Numbered from the stretch's first letter, positions 38,415 through 51,204 are shown. The stretch is 64,000 bases of DNA from Rhodosorus marinus CCMP1338 (GCA_029953675.1 JAMWBK010000010.1:1426001-1490000), one strand, 5' to 3'. Program-made: numbers and translations. The notes: generated from the letters alone by a model not told the origin.

Positions 38415-39916
38415 TTAGCTAACTCTGCGAAACTTCAGAGAGAGGAATTGTTCTATATCAGTCACCAACTGTGGAGGCCATCTTCGGTTATCCCTGATCC
38501 AGTTGATGTCCCCATATCTGTTACGTCAAAAAAGTTTCAGTGCTGGTCAGTCAAATTAAGCAATCAGGCTATTTGCCAAAAGAGGATACGTACCTCGTAT
38601 CGAGTTGCATGGCACTGGCCCATTCAGATTCCGAGGCCCTGATGCTTCCATCCGTCCAATATGCAGCCGCTAAGGCCGCGTGCATGTCCGCAAAGCCGGG
38701 ATACTTCCGCACAAGGAACCGCATCATCGACGTCGACTGTGAAACAAAGATCTTCTGTTCAGTTCCGGCTCATCTGGACTGCCACTACTCATACGCCATC
38801 GAGTGGTCCTCGGACACAATCAAATTTTGGAGAGTTTCGTGACGGAGTCTAACCAGCAATACAAAGGCTTACCTTGTCATAGCTTCCCAACTGGTAGAGC
38901 GCTAGGGCTTCGTTCGCCCTTGCGAAGACATAGTTCTTGTTCATCTCTGCTGCTTTGTGGTAGAACTAGGATTTTCATGAATCGAAGGGAGGATTTTAGG
39001 ATTACGTTGGATCTGGGAGAATGTGCGGACTTGAGTACTACCTCAAAAGCCTTATCCCATTCACCTAGTCCGGCATGCGCATTTCCGCGATTGTTGTATG
39101 TAACTGCATCTTCAGCTCCGTATCGAGATATGCTCTTCGCGTTTGCCGTTTCATAGCATTCTAGAGCTTCTTTGAATCTCTTCTCTCCTTTCATACATTC
39201 CAATTACGTAAGAAAGGAGAATATCCAGGGAGCATATCCTTAAATCTCTTACCTTCTAGAGCCACACCCTTTCCAAGATAGGGATCTGGTTCATCTGGTG
39301 CGAGCTTGATTGCGACTTCAAAATCGCTGACCGCCGCTTCAAACTGCCCTTGAGATGTTCGGCAGTTCCCACGATTGCTGTAAGCGGCTGCATTGGTATT
39401 GTTAAGTTCAATAATTTTTGTCCAGATTTTCTCAGCCTGCCGCATCCCCAAAACCAGAAAAAAAATTCAGCCCGCAGGAGAGGGCTGATCTGGACTGCAA
39501 GACTGAATTCGTAGACATCTTACGTCAACATATCGCATTTCGTTAGTCAGACTAAACGCCTTGTCCTGAAGCTCGGTCACCTTCCTTAGTTCTGCCAGTG
39601 CTCGCTCCTTGTCTGCGGTCTGATGCTGGGCTGCTATCGCTTGGATAGGAAGGACGAGCCCTGCCAGCGCGAACACTGCCTATACGAGAAGCATCGATGA
39701 CGTAGAATTTCTTCTGAATCAGACGCACGCTGAAAGATGTGTGAAGTCGTGTTTTTTTTTTTCCAAGCTCAGAAGGAGTTCGTCGGGGGGCTATTTTGTA
39801 CGATATGGGGTACCTTCCTCGATCATACTTACCTCGCGCCTAGAAACTGCATCGCATACTCGCGCGCGTTCCCTTCTGAACCCTCCGCCATTCAATTTGA
39901 ATAGAAAGCCAGTCAT
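38415..39916 (-). CDS. Cyanobacterial-type TPR protein, probably plastid/thylakoid-targeted, multi-exon
   Basis: TPRs AAAYSNRGN, DPYLGKGVALE and VTYNNRGNAHAGLGEW; C-terminal RKYPGFADMHAALAAAYW...ESEW...D.RY.DINWIRDNRRWPP typical of a cyanobacterial/plastid TPR family. Confidence 0.83.
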
Positions 39917-40743
39917 CAATGCTAAACTTTCTGAAAAAAAAAACACACCACCTATCCTTTCCTCCTCCCAACGTGCCTTGGGCACTCCAGTCGGAACACT
40001 TATATGGATCGGGCACGTGCCGGCGGATCGCTCCAAACCATCCATCCAGTCATCGTAACGATGTTGTCTTACAGATGCAGGAACATTCAGTATGTTGCTG
40101 GAGCCGGTATCGAGCGAACGACCTGAACAGGATAATCACCCGAAAACCAGGAAATCTGAGGGAGGGTTCCCTCGTCTGCACGTTGTTTTCCAGTTCGAAA
40201 CCACGAATTTTGAGCTCTTTTATCTCTTAAGGAGCTGCTCGATTGTCCATGAGGAATATCGAATCCATCAGAAACCCTGTCAAACCTCCAGCCAGAGACT
40301 AGCTCCCATCGAATTGGACAGATGGACTTCCATTGGTTACTTGTTTTCAGTATTTGCGGGCTTAGAATCCTCCAACAATGAAATCCAAAGATTTCACGAC
40401 TTCCTGAAATATATACATTATACATAACAATAAAGATTGAATCAAGCCAATCCTCCCACGAGAAGAAAACTGCTGGACAGAATTTATCTCCCTCTACCCA
40501 TATTGACTAGATTCCGATCAAAAATAATCATTAATGATTGAATATAATTCAGTTGTTTCTATTTTTGTTTTATCGGGTGCGAGGAGAGATCCCCAAGTGT
40601 ACGATGGGGAAGTTGGTGGAATTGCTGAAGGTGGATGGATGTACAATACTCATGGATAGGGAGGGACGAAGGCGTTTCTGTTGTAAAAGGATTAGATAAG
40701 AGTTATATGGCCTATTAATTGAAACTAACAGATAATTTCAATC

Positions 40744-42395
40744 ATGGGGACAGTCGACAGAGACGTCCCGGATTTCATGGATGCGGTTGTTAATTTTGCA
40801 CCAAAGGACTATCGGTTTTCTCGTGAGACTAAGGTCCCGAAGAAGCCTGAGAATGGGATTCTTGTGAAGGTGAGTGACATAACCTGCTGATCCTATTGCA
40901 TAGGATCTGGGTCTTGTGGTGCTGATTTTACGCGTTTAACTTTTGCAGGTCACTGGGTGTGGTATTTGTGCAAGCGATGTGAAGTGCTATGAAGGAGCAG
41001 GAAGGTATTGGGGTGATTCTGTAAACGAAAAGTAGGTATCCCATCTATTTGCAAGAACAAGAGACTGGATAGTACCTCCTGGTGATTATTTCGTGTTTTG
41101 AAGAGGCATATCCGTTGGTCCGAATCTCTTGCCTTGGTCAGGTGGGTGCAAGCCCCTGTCATCCCTGGTCATGAATTCGTAGGCGAAGTTGTTGAAATTA
41201 GTGAAAAAGACTCCGACAGATGTGGGATTAGTATTGGAGATCAGGTGCGTCTTGTGCAGATTTGCTACCTGAAGAGAATGAATACGAAACTTACCGAACG
41301 CAGTCTGTGACGCCCTTCAGGTAACTTCCGAACAGATCGTCGCTTGCAACAATTGTCTATATTGCAAGAAAGGAAAGAGGTGGCTGTGCCAAGAGCATGA
41401 CATCTACGGGTTTCGAAAGGCCGTTCCGGGTGCATTTTCTCAGGTTTGGATCGTTTCTTGAGTGGTTCAATGAAGCCAGATTGTTTTTGCTGACGACACA
41501 ATTGATCGTTCTCTTTCGTTCATTTTGAACCTGTTCGCAGTACATGGTGTTTCCGGAAAATTCTCGCAACTACAAAATTGCGAAATCTGTGGAACCCAAG
41601 CATGCTGCCTACACTGAGCCCCTTGCCTGTGCTATCCACGGGGTTGACAGGGGCCGAGTGGAGATGGGAGATACCGTTGTTGTGTCAGGCTCCGGGGCCA
41701 TCGGTTTGGGCATGCTTACAGCGTTGAAGGTTGAAAATCGAGCTTCTCGGATCATCGCATTGGACTGTTCCGATGAGAGACTAGAAATTGCCAGGAACTG
41801 CGGAGCGGACATACTGCTGAACCCCCTGAAGGAAAATGTGGTTGATTCTGTTAAGGTATGTGCAGGTCCGCTCTATCCAGAGACGTCGAAAAGCAGGTCT
41901 TCTGAGATATTTTGACCAACAGAACATCTGTGGAGGATACGGTTGCGACGTGTACCTTGAAGCAGCGGGCAACCCAGCGAGCGTCATTCAAGGTATCCAG
42001 ATGACATTGAAGGGAGGGAGATTTGTGGAATTCGGCGTTTTCAAGGACGAAACTGAGTTGGATTGGTCTCTGATCGGAGATACGAAGGAACTAGGTAAGC
42101 ACGAATCGCTTTCTGCGGATGTAACTTAATCCTCTTAAGTTCAGGCCGAAGACAACTGTTTCTATAATTTCAAGATGCTTAAATTTAGTTTCGGTTTCTA
42201 GAAATTTTTGGAGGTCACTTGGGAGGGGACGACGGGTACCAGAAGGCTATTAAATGGCTGGAGAGCGGATTGATTCCTGTTGAGCAAATTGTAACCGACG
42301 AGATTGCCTTGAAGGATTTCATACAAGGTGTTGATGTTGCCAACAAGGGTTCCCACGGAGAAGCTAGCAGCATTAAAGTTGTCCTAACCCCTTGA
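40744..42395 (+). CDS. Zn-dependent NAD+ polyol dehydrogenase (MDR family), erythritol/L-threitol dehydrogenase-like, multi-exon
   Basis: GICASDVKC, PGHEFVG, structural Zn CNNCLYC...LC, EPLACAIHGV, GSGAIG, ALDCS (Asp, NAD type), DVYLEAAG and DWSLIGDTKEL. Confidence 0.9.
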
Positions 42396-42598
42396 GGTTG
42401 ATGGCATGCATTCACGAGTACCCTCCACAGGCGCCTGCCTTCGCCCCTTCATTTCTACCGGGCATGTTGTGTCATTTGATAGCTGTTCACGACCGTGAGG
42501 TCAGCGCCACTGGTCCAGGGTCTGGTGGTCGTTGTTCCAGCCAAACTTCTTAGACAGCAGCATCAGTTAAGTCACGGGTAAGTCCCGTAGGTATCAGC

Positions 42599-43447
42599 TC
42601 AAGATATAGTGCAGCAAGCGTCAGATCTATGACCCCTGCGTAAGCCCGCAAAGCGCAGTCGACCTCGGGGGAATGACCCGAAAGAGAAAGAGGACAACTC
42701 TGGCGAGTTGTTCACATTGTCCCAAAAAATGTGGGCTTGAGAAGTACAGCCACATTTTGCGTTCTCCTTGCCGCACTTGTAGCAGAATTTGGCTCCACAT
42801 CGGCACATGACCTTGTCGCAGCCATCCTTCCTCTCTATACCGTTCCCACAGTTTGAGCAGATGCGCATGCCCAAGGATACAAGCAGCTGCGCCACTGCCT
42901 GGTCTTCTTCACCCTGAGCCTCAACCATGACCAATTCGTCGCAGGATTTGCAGAACACTTCACACTTCTCCTTCGACGAGCTTCTCAAGACCTGGCTGCA
43001 TGTCTTGTTTGGACAAAGCTGCAAGCACGAGTCGTTTCCAAACTTTGAGCTCACACGAAACCTGCTAACTCGGGCAATCGTCTCTGGACCAACCAGTGCT
43101 TTCAGATCTTGAATCCCAACACGCTTTCGGCATGTTGGCTCCGGGCAGACAGGATCTGACTGGTAGCAGTCATAAGTCCGAAACAAGGATGTTGAACAAA
43201 AGCCATGACCACAGTGAAGATAATACATTGCTTCCTTGGAGTGTACCTCCAAGCATATGTCACACCACATATCGTTCAAAGTCAGTTGTCGCGCCTAACC
43301 TCCATCACCAGATCAAATTCTGAACCCAGACCGGAACGTGCATAAAGAAGACGCCCTTCCTCTACAGAACCTCGCATCCTCACGGGATCCGCTTCACGCG
43401 CTCACGACCTCCTTCGCCTCCACCACATTTCCCTGCCCGCAAAACAT
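42599..43447 (-). CDS. Small RBR (RING1-IBR-RING2) E3 ubiquitin ligase
   Basis: RING1 CDIC...CGHGFC...CPEPTC, IBR-like CPNKTC...FCKSC, RING2 CSNCGNGIERKDGCDKVMCRCGAKFCYKC. The short first exon (ATG 43447) is tentative. Confidence 0.85.
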
Positions 43448-44896
43448 TGACGCAATATCGAAATACGAACACGAACCCTTGAAACCTCATGCTCGACCTT
43501 TTTTTTTCTTTTTTATTGACTAAAAAAAACTACCAAAACAACAAAAACATCTTACCCCTGAAAACCCACTTTCTTGCTTAATCCCACAACGACAACATAA
43601 CCCCCTTTATGCTACAAACAAATCTGTCAGAACAGCACAAATGTTTTGAATTGATGTACAATTAACAAATTCTACATCCACCAATGAAGGCATACGGAAA
43701 TACAATCCTCTCAACAATCACGAAACCAGAGGGGTAGATGATTGTGCCTGCAGCTGACAAGCTCGATCCACAGTTTCCAACTCTACCCCTTTGTTTGCAA
43801 TCTATGCAAAAAAAGCCTTGGGAAAAGAACAGAAGAGAACAGAAAAGAAAAACTCCCACCCTCGTGTCCGTGGCCTATTTCTTATTGTTTTCCCTTTTTT
43901 TTACCCTGCTACCCGTCCGCCTCAGCTGCTTTGGCAGAAAACCCAAATTGTGAGCAGATTAATAAGGATTCAATATTTCTATTCAATTTTTCAATAAATC
44001 GTAATTTAGCATCGGAGGCCAGGGAACGACGCGATAGCTCAGCCGGTTTTCGGAATTTTGATTGGAAGGTAAAACCCTAAAAGCAGTCCTTTGTTCTGGT
44101 GGAGTTCAGATACAAATCTAGACAGAGAGGAGTCTAGTTTTTAAGTAAACGTATGTTTAGAACACTATCCATTCTAAATAAATCTAATTTAGGCGATTGA
44201 CGTGAATATGCTCTGCAGGAAAGTTGGATTTCTGCCCGACGTTGCCAGCGAAGTTTTCAGGATGAAGGATAATTTGTACTAAAACACAATGAAAAGGCTT
44301 GGCCCTCCTTTGGTCTTGTTGCCATTGTCATGGTTTTCCTTTCAGAATACAAATGTTTTTGATGAAATTATGTTCGAGTTTTTTGGAAGCCACAGGGAAA
44401 CATTGCACCATGTAATTGGGATTTTTTTCGTGTAATTTTCTTGCTGTTTTTTTTTTTCCTCTTTAACACAAAGGGGTTACGACCTGCAGACGCTCAATTG
44501 GTTTAATCTTTTTTTTTGGTAGTATAGTAAACAATGGCATATGAATTCCAAAAAAAGTTTATATTATTCATCAGAATGAAAATGTCGGTTATGGATAATA
44601 TTAATAACGTACGCATTATAATATAAATTAATAGCGCCAAGCCCGGGGGAAAGCGGGAAGCAGAAGCAGTAGTTTTCTATGACTATTCTGCACCCCTCTT
44701 ACGAAGAACGCGTTGGTTGCGAAATATTGGAAAATATATTCTCAATATTGAATTTTGGTGGCCTACTGCTGAAATTTGACTCCCCCGTGCGCCACAACTC
44801 GGAATTTGCATGGGCTGAAGGGGCTCACCACAGACCACGAAATCTTTTGCTTCAGGGTTGCTGTATTATCAGAGAAGGAAATGGCCGAAACTGCTC

Positions 44897-45000
44897 CCAA
44901 GGTCGTATCTATAGTTTCTGGGTTGGGCGCTCTAGGCGCGAGGTGACAGAGCACTTGTGCCTGAAGGAGGAGAATGCTACTATGGTCTAGCCCTGATCTC
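44897..45000 (+). pseudogene. Possible decayed inverted copy of the Sar1 exon1/intron1 junction
   Basis: ccaaggtc...gtttctgggttgggcgctctaggcg aligns with Sar1 sense ccaaggtcttgtttctag|gtatggcgctaggcg (about 32/39, two gaps). agccctgatct follows collinearly near 44990. Confidence 0.4.
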
Positions 45001-45233
45001 CCATCCATTGCAACATGCTATGTCGTGGTTATAATCCATTTGCTTGTATTCGGAAACAAGCAAGTTTATGTTCAACGGCACAGAATCTTTCAAGCTCCGC
45101 GAGCACCAAGCTACTTGTTTGGGGTTACGATAACAAAATCATGCTCCTTGACTTCGACAAGAACAACTCATAGCCAATTTGTTCTAGACCTCGAGACGGA
45201 CAAAATGAAGGCCGAACACCAATTGTACAACAC

Positions 45234-46200
45234 TTAGGCGATCTGACTACATACCCAATGCATTGCCTCTTCCACGCCAACATCCTTGAGCACTGAGCAG
45301 CCCATCGCCTTGACAGCAGATTTTCGCATGCCAAGCTCTTCGTCAGACTCATCAACTCTCTCACCAAGTACACCTCGTATCTGAGAAGCACAAACGAAAA
45401 ACATGATCATTCTAAGAGAGAAGGAAGTGGACACTAGCCCAGATACACTTCAGAGCAGGAGATCTCCAAATTCAATCAACCGCTTGAAATTTGAAACCCT
45501 CACCTCTAGAGTATCTATTAGACGCGGGAGAGGAGCTGCACCAGCAATATCTTGCTTGTTCCCCAAAACAAGGAAGGGTACGCTGATCAAGGATGGATCT
45601 TCCAGAAGCGCATGCAGCTCTTCCTTTGCTTCCTCGAAGCGGCCGATATCAGCACTATCCACAATGAACACAACAGCATCTACGGTCTCGTAAAAGTCAC
45701 TCCATAAGTGCCGCCACATCTCATGGCCACCGACATCGAAAGCTGTGAAAACTATTCCCCCAATACTCTGCGATGACGAAAGAAGAACGCATTGAATTCA
45801 GTCGTTTCTACTGAATCAAGAGCTAGCCTCATTACACAAAGTGCACGTTCCCTCTGGAAGAAAACCAGAACGAGAAAACACTTATATTTGTGTATGCACT
45901 TACAAACTGTTCTATGTTCACCCTCGTGGTCGGAGCGTACAAAGAGACTGCTCCTAACTTCAACCGATTCAGCAGTGACGTTTTCCCCGCATTGTCTAAT
46001 CCTGAGGGATGGCAGAAACCAAACGAAAAACAGACAAAGTCAAAAAGGAGCTGCAAGCCCATGCCGGTCCCACGCGAGTGCAGCCACGGAGCAGGTCAGG
46101 GCTTCTCGCCTAGCGCCATACCTAGAAACAAGACCTTGGCCTGCTTGTAGAACAGACCCAGCCGGAAAAGGATTCCCAGAAACCAATCCAGTAATAACAT
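45234..46200 (-). CDS. SAR1: Divergent Sar1-like small GTPase, 4 exons
   Basis: Amphipathic MLLLDWFLGILFRLGL, AKVLFLGLDNAGKT, SIGGIVFTAFDVGGH, VPFLVLGNKQD and CSVLKDVGVEEAMHWV. Confidence 0.85.
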
Positions 46201-47246
46201 CACCCAAACAGAACTCACTGCCCTAAACTAAACCAAGATACTGTGCTTTCTTTTGCAAAACCTCGTCAGTCACCCACACCTTCCCGCTCTCTTCCTACTT
46301 CACTTCGATACAACTCCTCATATCCTTCAAACCGTCAATAAGTCTGTACTCCTTATACAGCAGAATTCACTTTCACACCCAGCACTGAAAAAGAACGCTC
46401 ACACTCATAAACTAGCGATAGTCACACCAATCGACCATTCGGTGAGTTGAGCTCCCACCTGACAGCGTGTTCCCTAGGGCTGGCCTAACGTCACGAACAG
46501 GAATGAGGATGGCAGGGAACTGTTGGTAAACGAATAGCTTGAGGGGCTGCTCCCGCACCTTAACGTCACCAAGAACGTCAAGAAGTGAGCCAGCAAGGCT
46601 TTAGGAGGGGAGGACCTCTATTTGCTTTCCTCAGGCGTCCCAAACTGCCAACCAAGCTTCGGAACAAAAACGGAAGCGATGAAAAGTAGGTCAGATCTAA
46701 AGCCCACATTTAGGATTCGGACAAGAATCCTCAAAATATTCAAACTAATTTACAAAATGTTGTTCAATGGTTGAATTTTAGACTCATAGATCTCTTAATT
46801 TGGAGTATTGTGCATATTCAAAGAGCATGGGTGTTTGGGACTGTCCCATCCATGTCCCATGTTCATACGGGGCAACAGAGATATTAAGGTTGATCTGGTA
46901 TATGCTACTTCAGGTCACTAGGATGCTGCGAACTGCGTGCTGGGTGTCCTCCGTTCTGTGGGTTTTTGTTCGCGACTTCGCCGTTACTGTAGCATTTTGC
47001 CACGGTTTTTAGGGGACACGAGTTTGCCTCTTCCGCGTTTTGATCAGAAAATCTTTTCGAGGGGAGCATTCAGTGAAGATGGTGTCCGCTGCTCGAAAAG
47101 ACCAAGCAAGCTCGTGGGAATCACATGTTGATGAGCCACAAAAACTGTGTGTTCATTTACAATTTATTTACATGCTTTCTGACTTGCTAGAATGAAATTT
47201 TCTGGTTCCGGCTCTCACTGTTGGTCTCGTTCATTTTTCCATGTGA

Positions 47247-47507
47247 ATGAGCAGCAAGGTCCAAGGGTCCGATGAAATGGTACCCATACTTCCTCCGGGC
47301 ATTACGGAGGTGCTGCTAGCACTCGACTCTTGGAATCTGTGCAACAACGTTTCCTTTGAAAAGCTTTTCAGTCAGAGGAGCAAGGGCACGGACCTAGAGG
47401 GGACACTCTTCCAAGGCTTGGGCATCTCGGCGGTGGAGCTCGCCGCACTCCTCGAGAAGATCAAGATCCAGTACTTCCTATCAAGCACACCTCGTTCAAC
47501 CAAATGA
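47247..47507 (+). other. 86-codon ORF with weak TAF10-like histone-fold resemblance; may be a relic
   Basis: PILPPGITEVLL fits the TAF10 PxIPxxVTxxxL pattern and the ORF ends IQYFL (cf. KPxYF). The central helix is shortened. Confidence 0.2.
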
Positions 47508-47683
47508 GATTAAACCATGGTACGCATGTTTCTTCGGAAAACTTTTAAATAAAACCCCTTGAACCCCCCAAAAAGCAGCATCGCCCGTTGGATCTCATCA
47601 ACAGCGCAGTTGCGTCTGAAATCGCTTCGAATCGTCCATCCTTGGCTTTCTCAATGATTTGGGATGTGCGAATCTAGTGAGGA

Positions 47684-50348
47684 CTACTTTCGTCTTCGTC
47701 TCCCCTTCGACTTCTTCTTGGGTTCATCGCTGGGTCCCTCCAGAAGAATCGCGTGGTTCTCAGCCTGGACATGCTTGAACAACTTATTCCGGGAATCAAA
47801 CTCCTGGAAAGTATCCGGAAAGCAAACCCCAGAAGACAATTAGCTGGCAGTCCGGGATCGGTGCACAATAGGAAAAGCCATAACAAGTTAATCCTCAGCA
47901 CATCCTGCGTTTCCTACCCTTGCACACGTCTGGCATGTGAACGGTTGTAGAATCCCCTTCTTAGAGGAGGATTCTGACTCTGCACCTTTCTCCCCATTTT
48001 CCACTACGCATGAGCTCCAATAGCAGTAGCTATCTCAGACCGTGTAGGTTGAAACCTCATGCGCAAATTCTGTCCTTACCGGCAGCTTGACTCGGCTGAG
48101 TCTCTGGGTCACCGAGATCGAAAGATACCTCCTGCTTTCGCGGTCTGGGAGTTCGTTGCTCCCCTTCGCTGCTGGATTCTATGTAGAGCAGTGCAGTGAG
48201 TATCTCCAAAAAAATTGCTGCAAGGCACCGGTTGGCAGTCGTTACCTAGCACGGCGAAGTTGTCAACCTGTTGCATGCGTCTCTGCTTTGCCTGTGCCTT
48301 CTTTTTTTTCTTCTTCGCCGTGGCTCGTGAAATCTGCATGTACTGCAGTTCTTCCTCTTCAGATTCGAAACTGCCTTCCGCAGGATCGCTTGCTCCTGCT
48401 CGTCAAGAACGCAAACACAGTCTAGGTAAGGATAACATGGAAAATCCGAGATTCGCAGAGAATTGCTTACCGTCCTGAGTGCTCTTGCCGCCAGCCTCTC
48501 CGCTTCCTCTCTCCTGCGCGTCATCGTCATCTGTAAGGATTGATAAGATATTCCTCTGAGTGCGGACTTTTTTAAACGTCAACTTGTTAGTAAATGTATA
48601 CCCTCCTCATCTTGTGGCTCCAGGTCCGACTGCTCCTCATCTCTACCGAGAGGTTCCTCGGGCGACTGTCCGGCTGGCCCTGGAAGTTGAGAGGAACCAC
48701 AAATTACGACAATCAGGATGCAGTTCCATAGGCCGTTCTGGTACGGATTGTATTCAGTGACTACCTGCGATAACTGACTCCTGTACCATATGCACTTCCT
48801 GGAACTCGTCATCGTTCGCAAGGAGCTCCTCCTGCATGGCCTGAACCCGTTCCTTGTGCTTTTTGGATTTCTCATGGTTCACCCACTGCGCCTGCGACCT
48901 GAAAGAATACAAAACTCGCGCTTCAGGAGATTATAACTACGGGTAGGTAGTCAGCAACAGCCTTTAGCATGCCAAAGGGCTGACCTAAATCGTTTTTTAC
49001 AAGCCGAGCAGTAGTACTCATTCGAATCTTTGCTGGCATCGTCATCTGGCTGATTAAGCTCCATTTGCTCGATGAGTTCGTCCACATACTCCAGCTCCTT
49101 GTCTTTGACGGCTTCCCATTCCTTTCGCCTCTGTTCCTTTTCACGTTTGCCTGCCGCAGCCCGTGCTTCGTTTGCTGCCTGATGGTCGTGAGGCCAAAAG
49201 GTGAGACCCCAATGTATTTACTGTGCATGGGCGTTGAATCTGCAAGCATTGCGAATTTGACGGGGTAATGCGTACTCGTTTCTCCTCATTGACTCGCTCC
49301 ACATCCTCTCTGCGTTTCGCAACTCTTCGATCTCGCTTCTTAACATAGGCAACCAGATCTCGAAGCTATTGAATAGTTGAGCGACAAGGGGCAGGACAAA
49401 AACAAACACGTGGTGATGTAGGGTGAGCTTATTAACCCACCTCGTGAACATACCAGCTGTTTTAGGAGCAGTTGTGCTACCATGCATACCATTTGATTAA
49501 ATTCTTTCTTTGCTCTAGTCCGCTCTTTCTTGTTCTCCCTCTCCATTGCGCGGCGTATTTCTCTGTTTGGTGCTTCCGCGAGGTTCCACTTCTCCGCGAA
49601 GCCGAAGCTCCGCTGTGATGAAAAATTCTGAGTACAAATGGGACCACCGCTAAGAAAGAGCCCTCGTTGATAGAGACTGATGTTTGATCATATCCAATGC
49701 ATGGAATAAGGACCAGGAGATAGCGAGAGCGAAGTATACCTCCCAAAACGTATAAAACTGCCGAACCTCTTCCCACGGTGAATCGGAAGTACCAAAGTCT
49801 GGGGCTACGTCGATGTCTCCGTCCGGAGATAAACATTGCACTCTCTCCCGCTCCTCATCATGAATGTCATTGAAAAGCTGGCTGAACACTGTGTAGTAGC
49901 CATTGTCGTCATCGCCATATCCTCTGTATGCAGACCCCGAGAAGAACCTTAGAATGTTTATGTTTGACGCTTGCGTTGCGTACTATGGAACCCAACAACA
50001 AAAAATAAAGGAGTGAGTATTCCCAGCATCTTAATTGCCTTTGACGAGAGAGAGTGAGCCGAGGATCAAGTTTCGGTAGCTTACAGGTTCAGAGGACCCT
50101 TCATGGACGTCCTCTCCTCGAAGAATCTGGTCCCGATGAGCATCGTACCATGCTCTTTCATGCGAGTCTGATAGAACCTCATAAGCTTGTTGAACGAGCT
50201 GAAAATTCTTCGTCGCATCGTCATTATCTTTGTTCTTGTCAGGATGGAAGATCAAGGCCTGCTTCCGATACGCTTTCTTCAGCTCATCATCGGTAGCCTG
50301 TAACGAAACGCCGAGCACTTCATACAGGCATCTTTCCTTTTCCACCAT
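47684..50348 (-). CDS. DNAJC21: J-domain protein DNAJC21/Jjj1 (60S maturation), multi-exon
   Basis: J domain with HPD ([20 protein letters not shown]), [25 protein letters not shown], and C-terminal C2H2 finger FTCQTCAR|[17 protein letters not shown]. Confidence 0.92.
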
Positions 50349-50880
50349 CGAGTCTTCTTATGGATCTCCATCTACTCCGAAGACAACAGATATACTTAAG
50401 AAAGGTCACTAAACCCTTGCCCGGCTTCCGAGCAAGGATGCCGAGCAAGCTTGGCAGCCCGGCACGAACGGCGTTCAGCAATAATGTCCGGTGACCAGAC
50501 GCCGATGCATTGGGCCCTGGGGCAGCAGGTGTACAATTTATATTTTGGATCTCAAATCGAAGTACAAGCGCTCTGGTGTAATCCAATTGTCAAACTAGCT
50601 TCTATTAGAACGCTGTGCACAGGACGCTAAGAAAAGTGGTTCCGTTCACACCCATGTCAACATAGCAAAGTCGAGGTATCCTAGCTTCAGGGTTATCATC
50701 AGCTGAAAGGCCATAATTAGCTTCTTTGACTTGAGCTGGGTGGTGGCGCCGACGTTGTCAGGTCGCAGAGCAGACCGGGAAACACCTTTGGAGTTATAGA
50801 CTACTGTGAATCGTTGCCATCATCTCCGCAAAAATAATATTATTTTAGATGGTGACTCCCATGAAGAAGATCAAAACTTC

Positions 50881-51204
50881 TTATGCGTGACGATGAGATA
50901 GCACATGGGGTTTGGGCTTGAAGGCGTAACGCGGGATGAAGTGTGGCTTCTGCTCGATGCAAGTTGTGCATCGCCTTCTCCCGCGAATTTTCTGAGGGTT
51001 GGAAGCGCTGGGTATCAGTAAACCAGAAGTACAGCACTGCGATGAAATTCTGTACAAGCGATTTTGTAGCGCTCTGGAAGAAAGCCCATCCGCAAAAGTG
51101 GATTGATACTTCACTCCCGCCTTAGAAGCGCCAGCAATGCTTCTTCTCTTCAACTGAACCCGTGAATAGCGCGATGGTGGCATGTATTGGTTCGGGAGAG
51201 CCAT
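50881..51204 (-). CDS. Hypothetical 107-aa basic protein
   Basis: Open frame from acaATGgct (context seen at other starts here), with a CxxC (CTTC). No family recognised. Confidence 0.3.
   Translation of the reverse strand: MALPNQYMPPSRYSRVQLKRRSIAGASKAGVKYQSTFADGLSSRALQNRLYRISSQCCTSGLLIPSASNPQKIRGRRRCTTCIEQKPHFIPRYAFKPKPHVLSHRHA

Noticed and set aside
44031-44110. gcgatagctcagccggtt, resembling a tRNA 5' half or A-box, near one AAACCCTAA telomere-like motif
   Set aside because: No T-arm GTTCRA and no cloverleaf; a single telomeric 9-mer is not an array.
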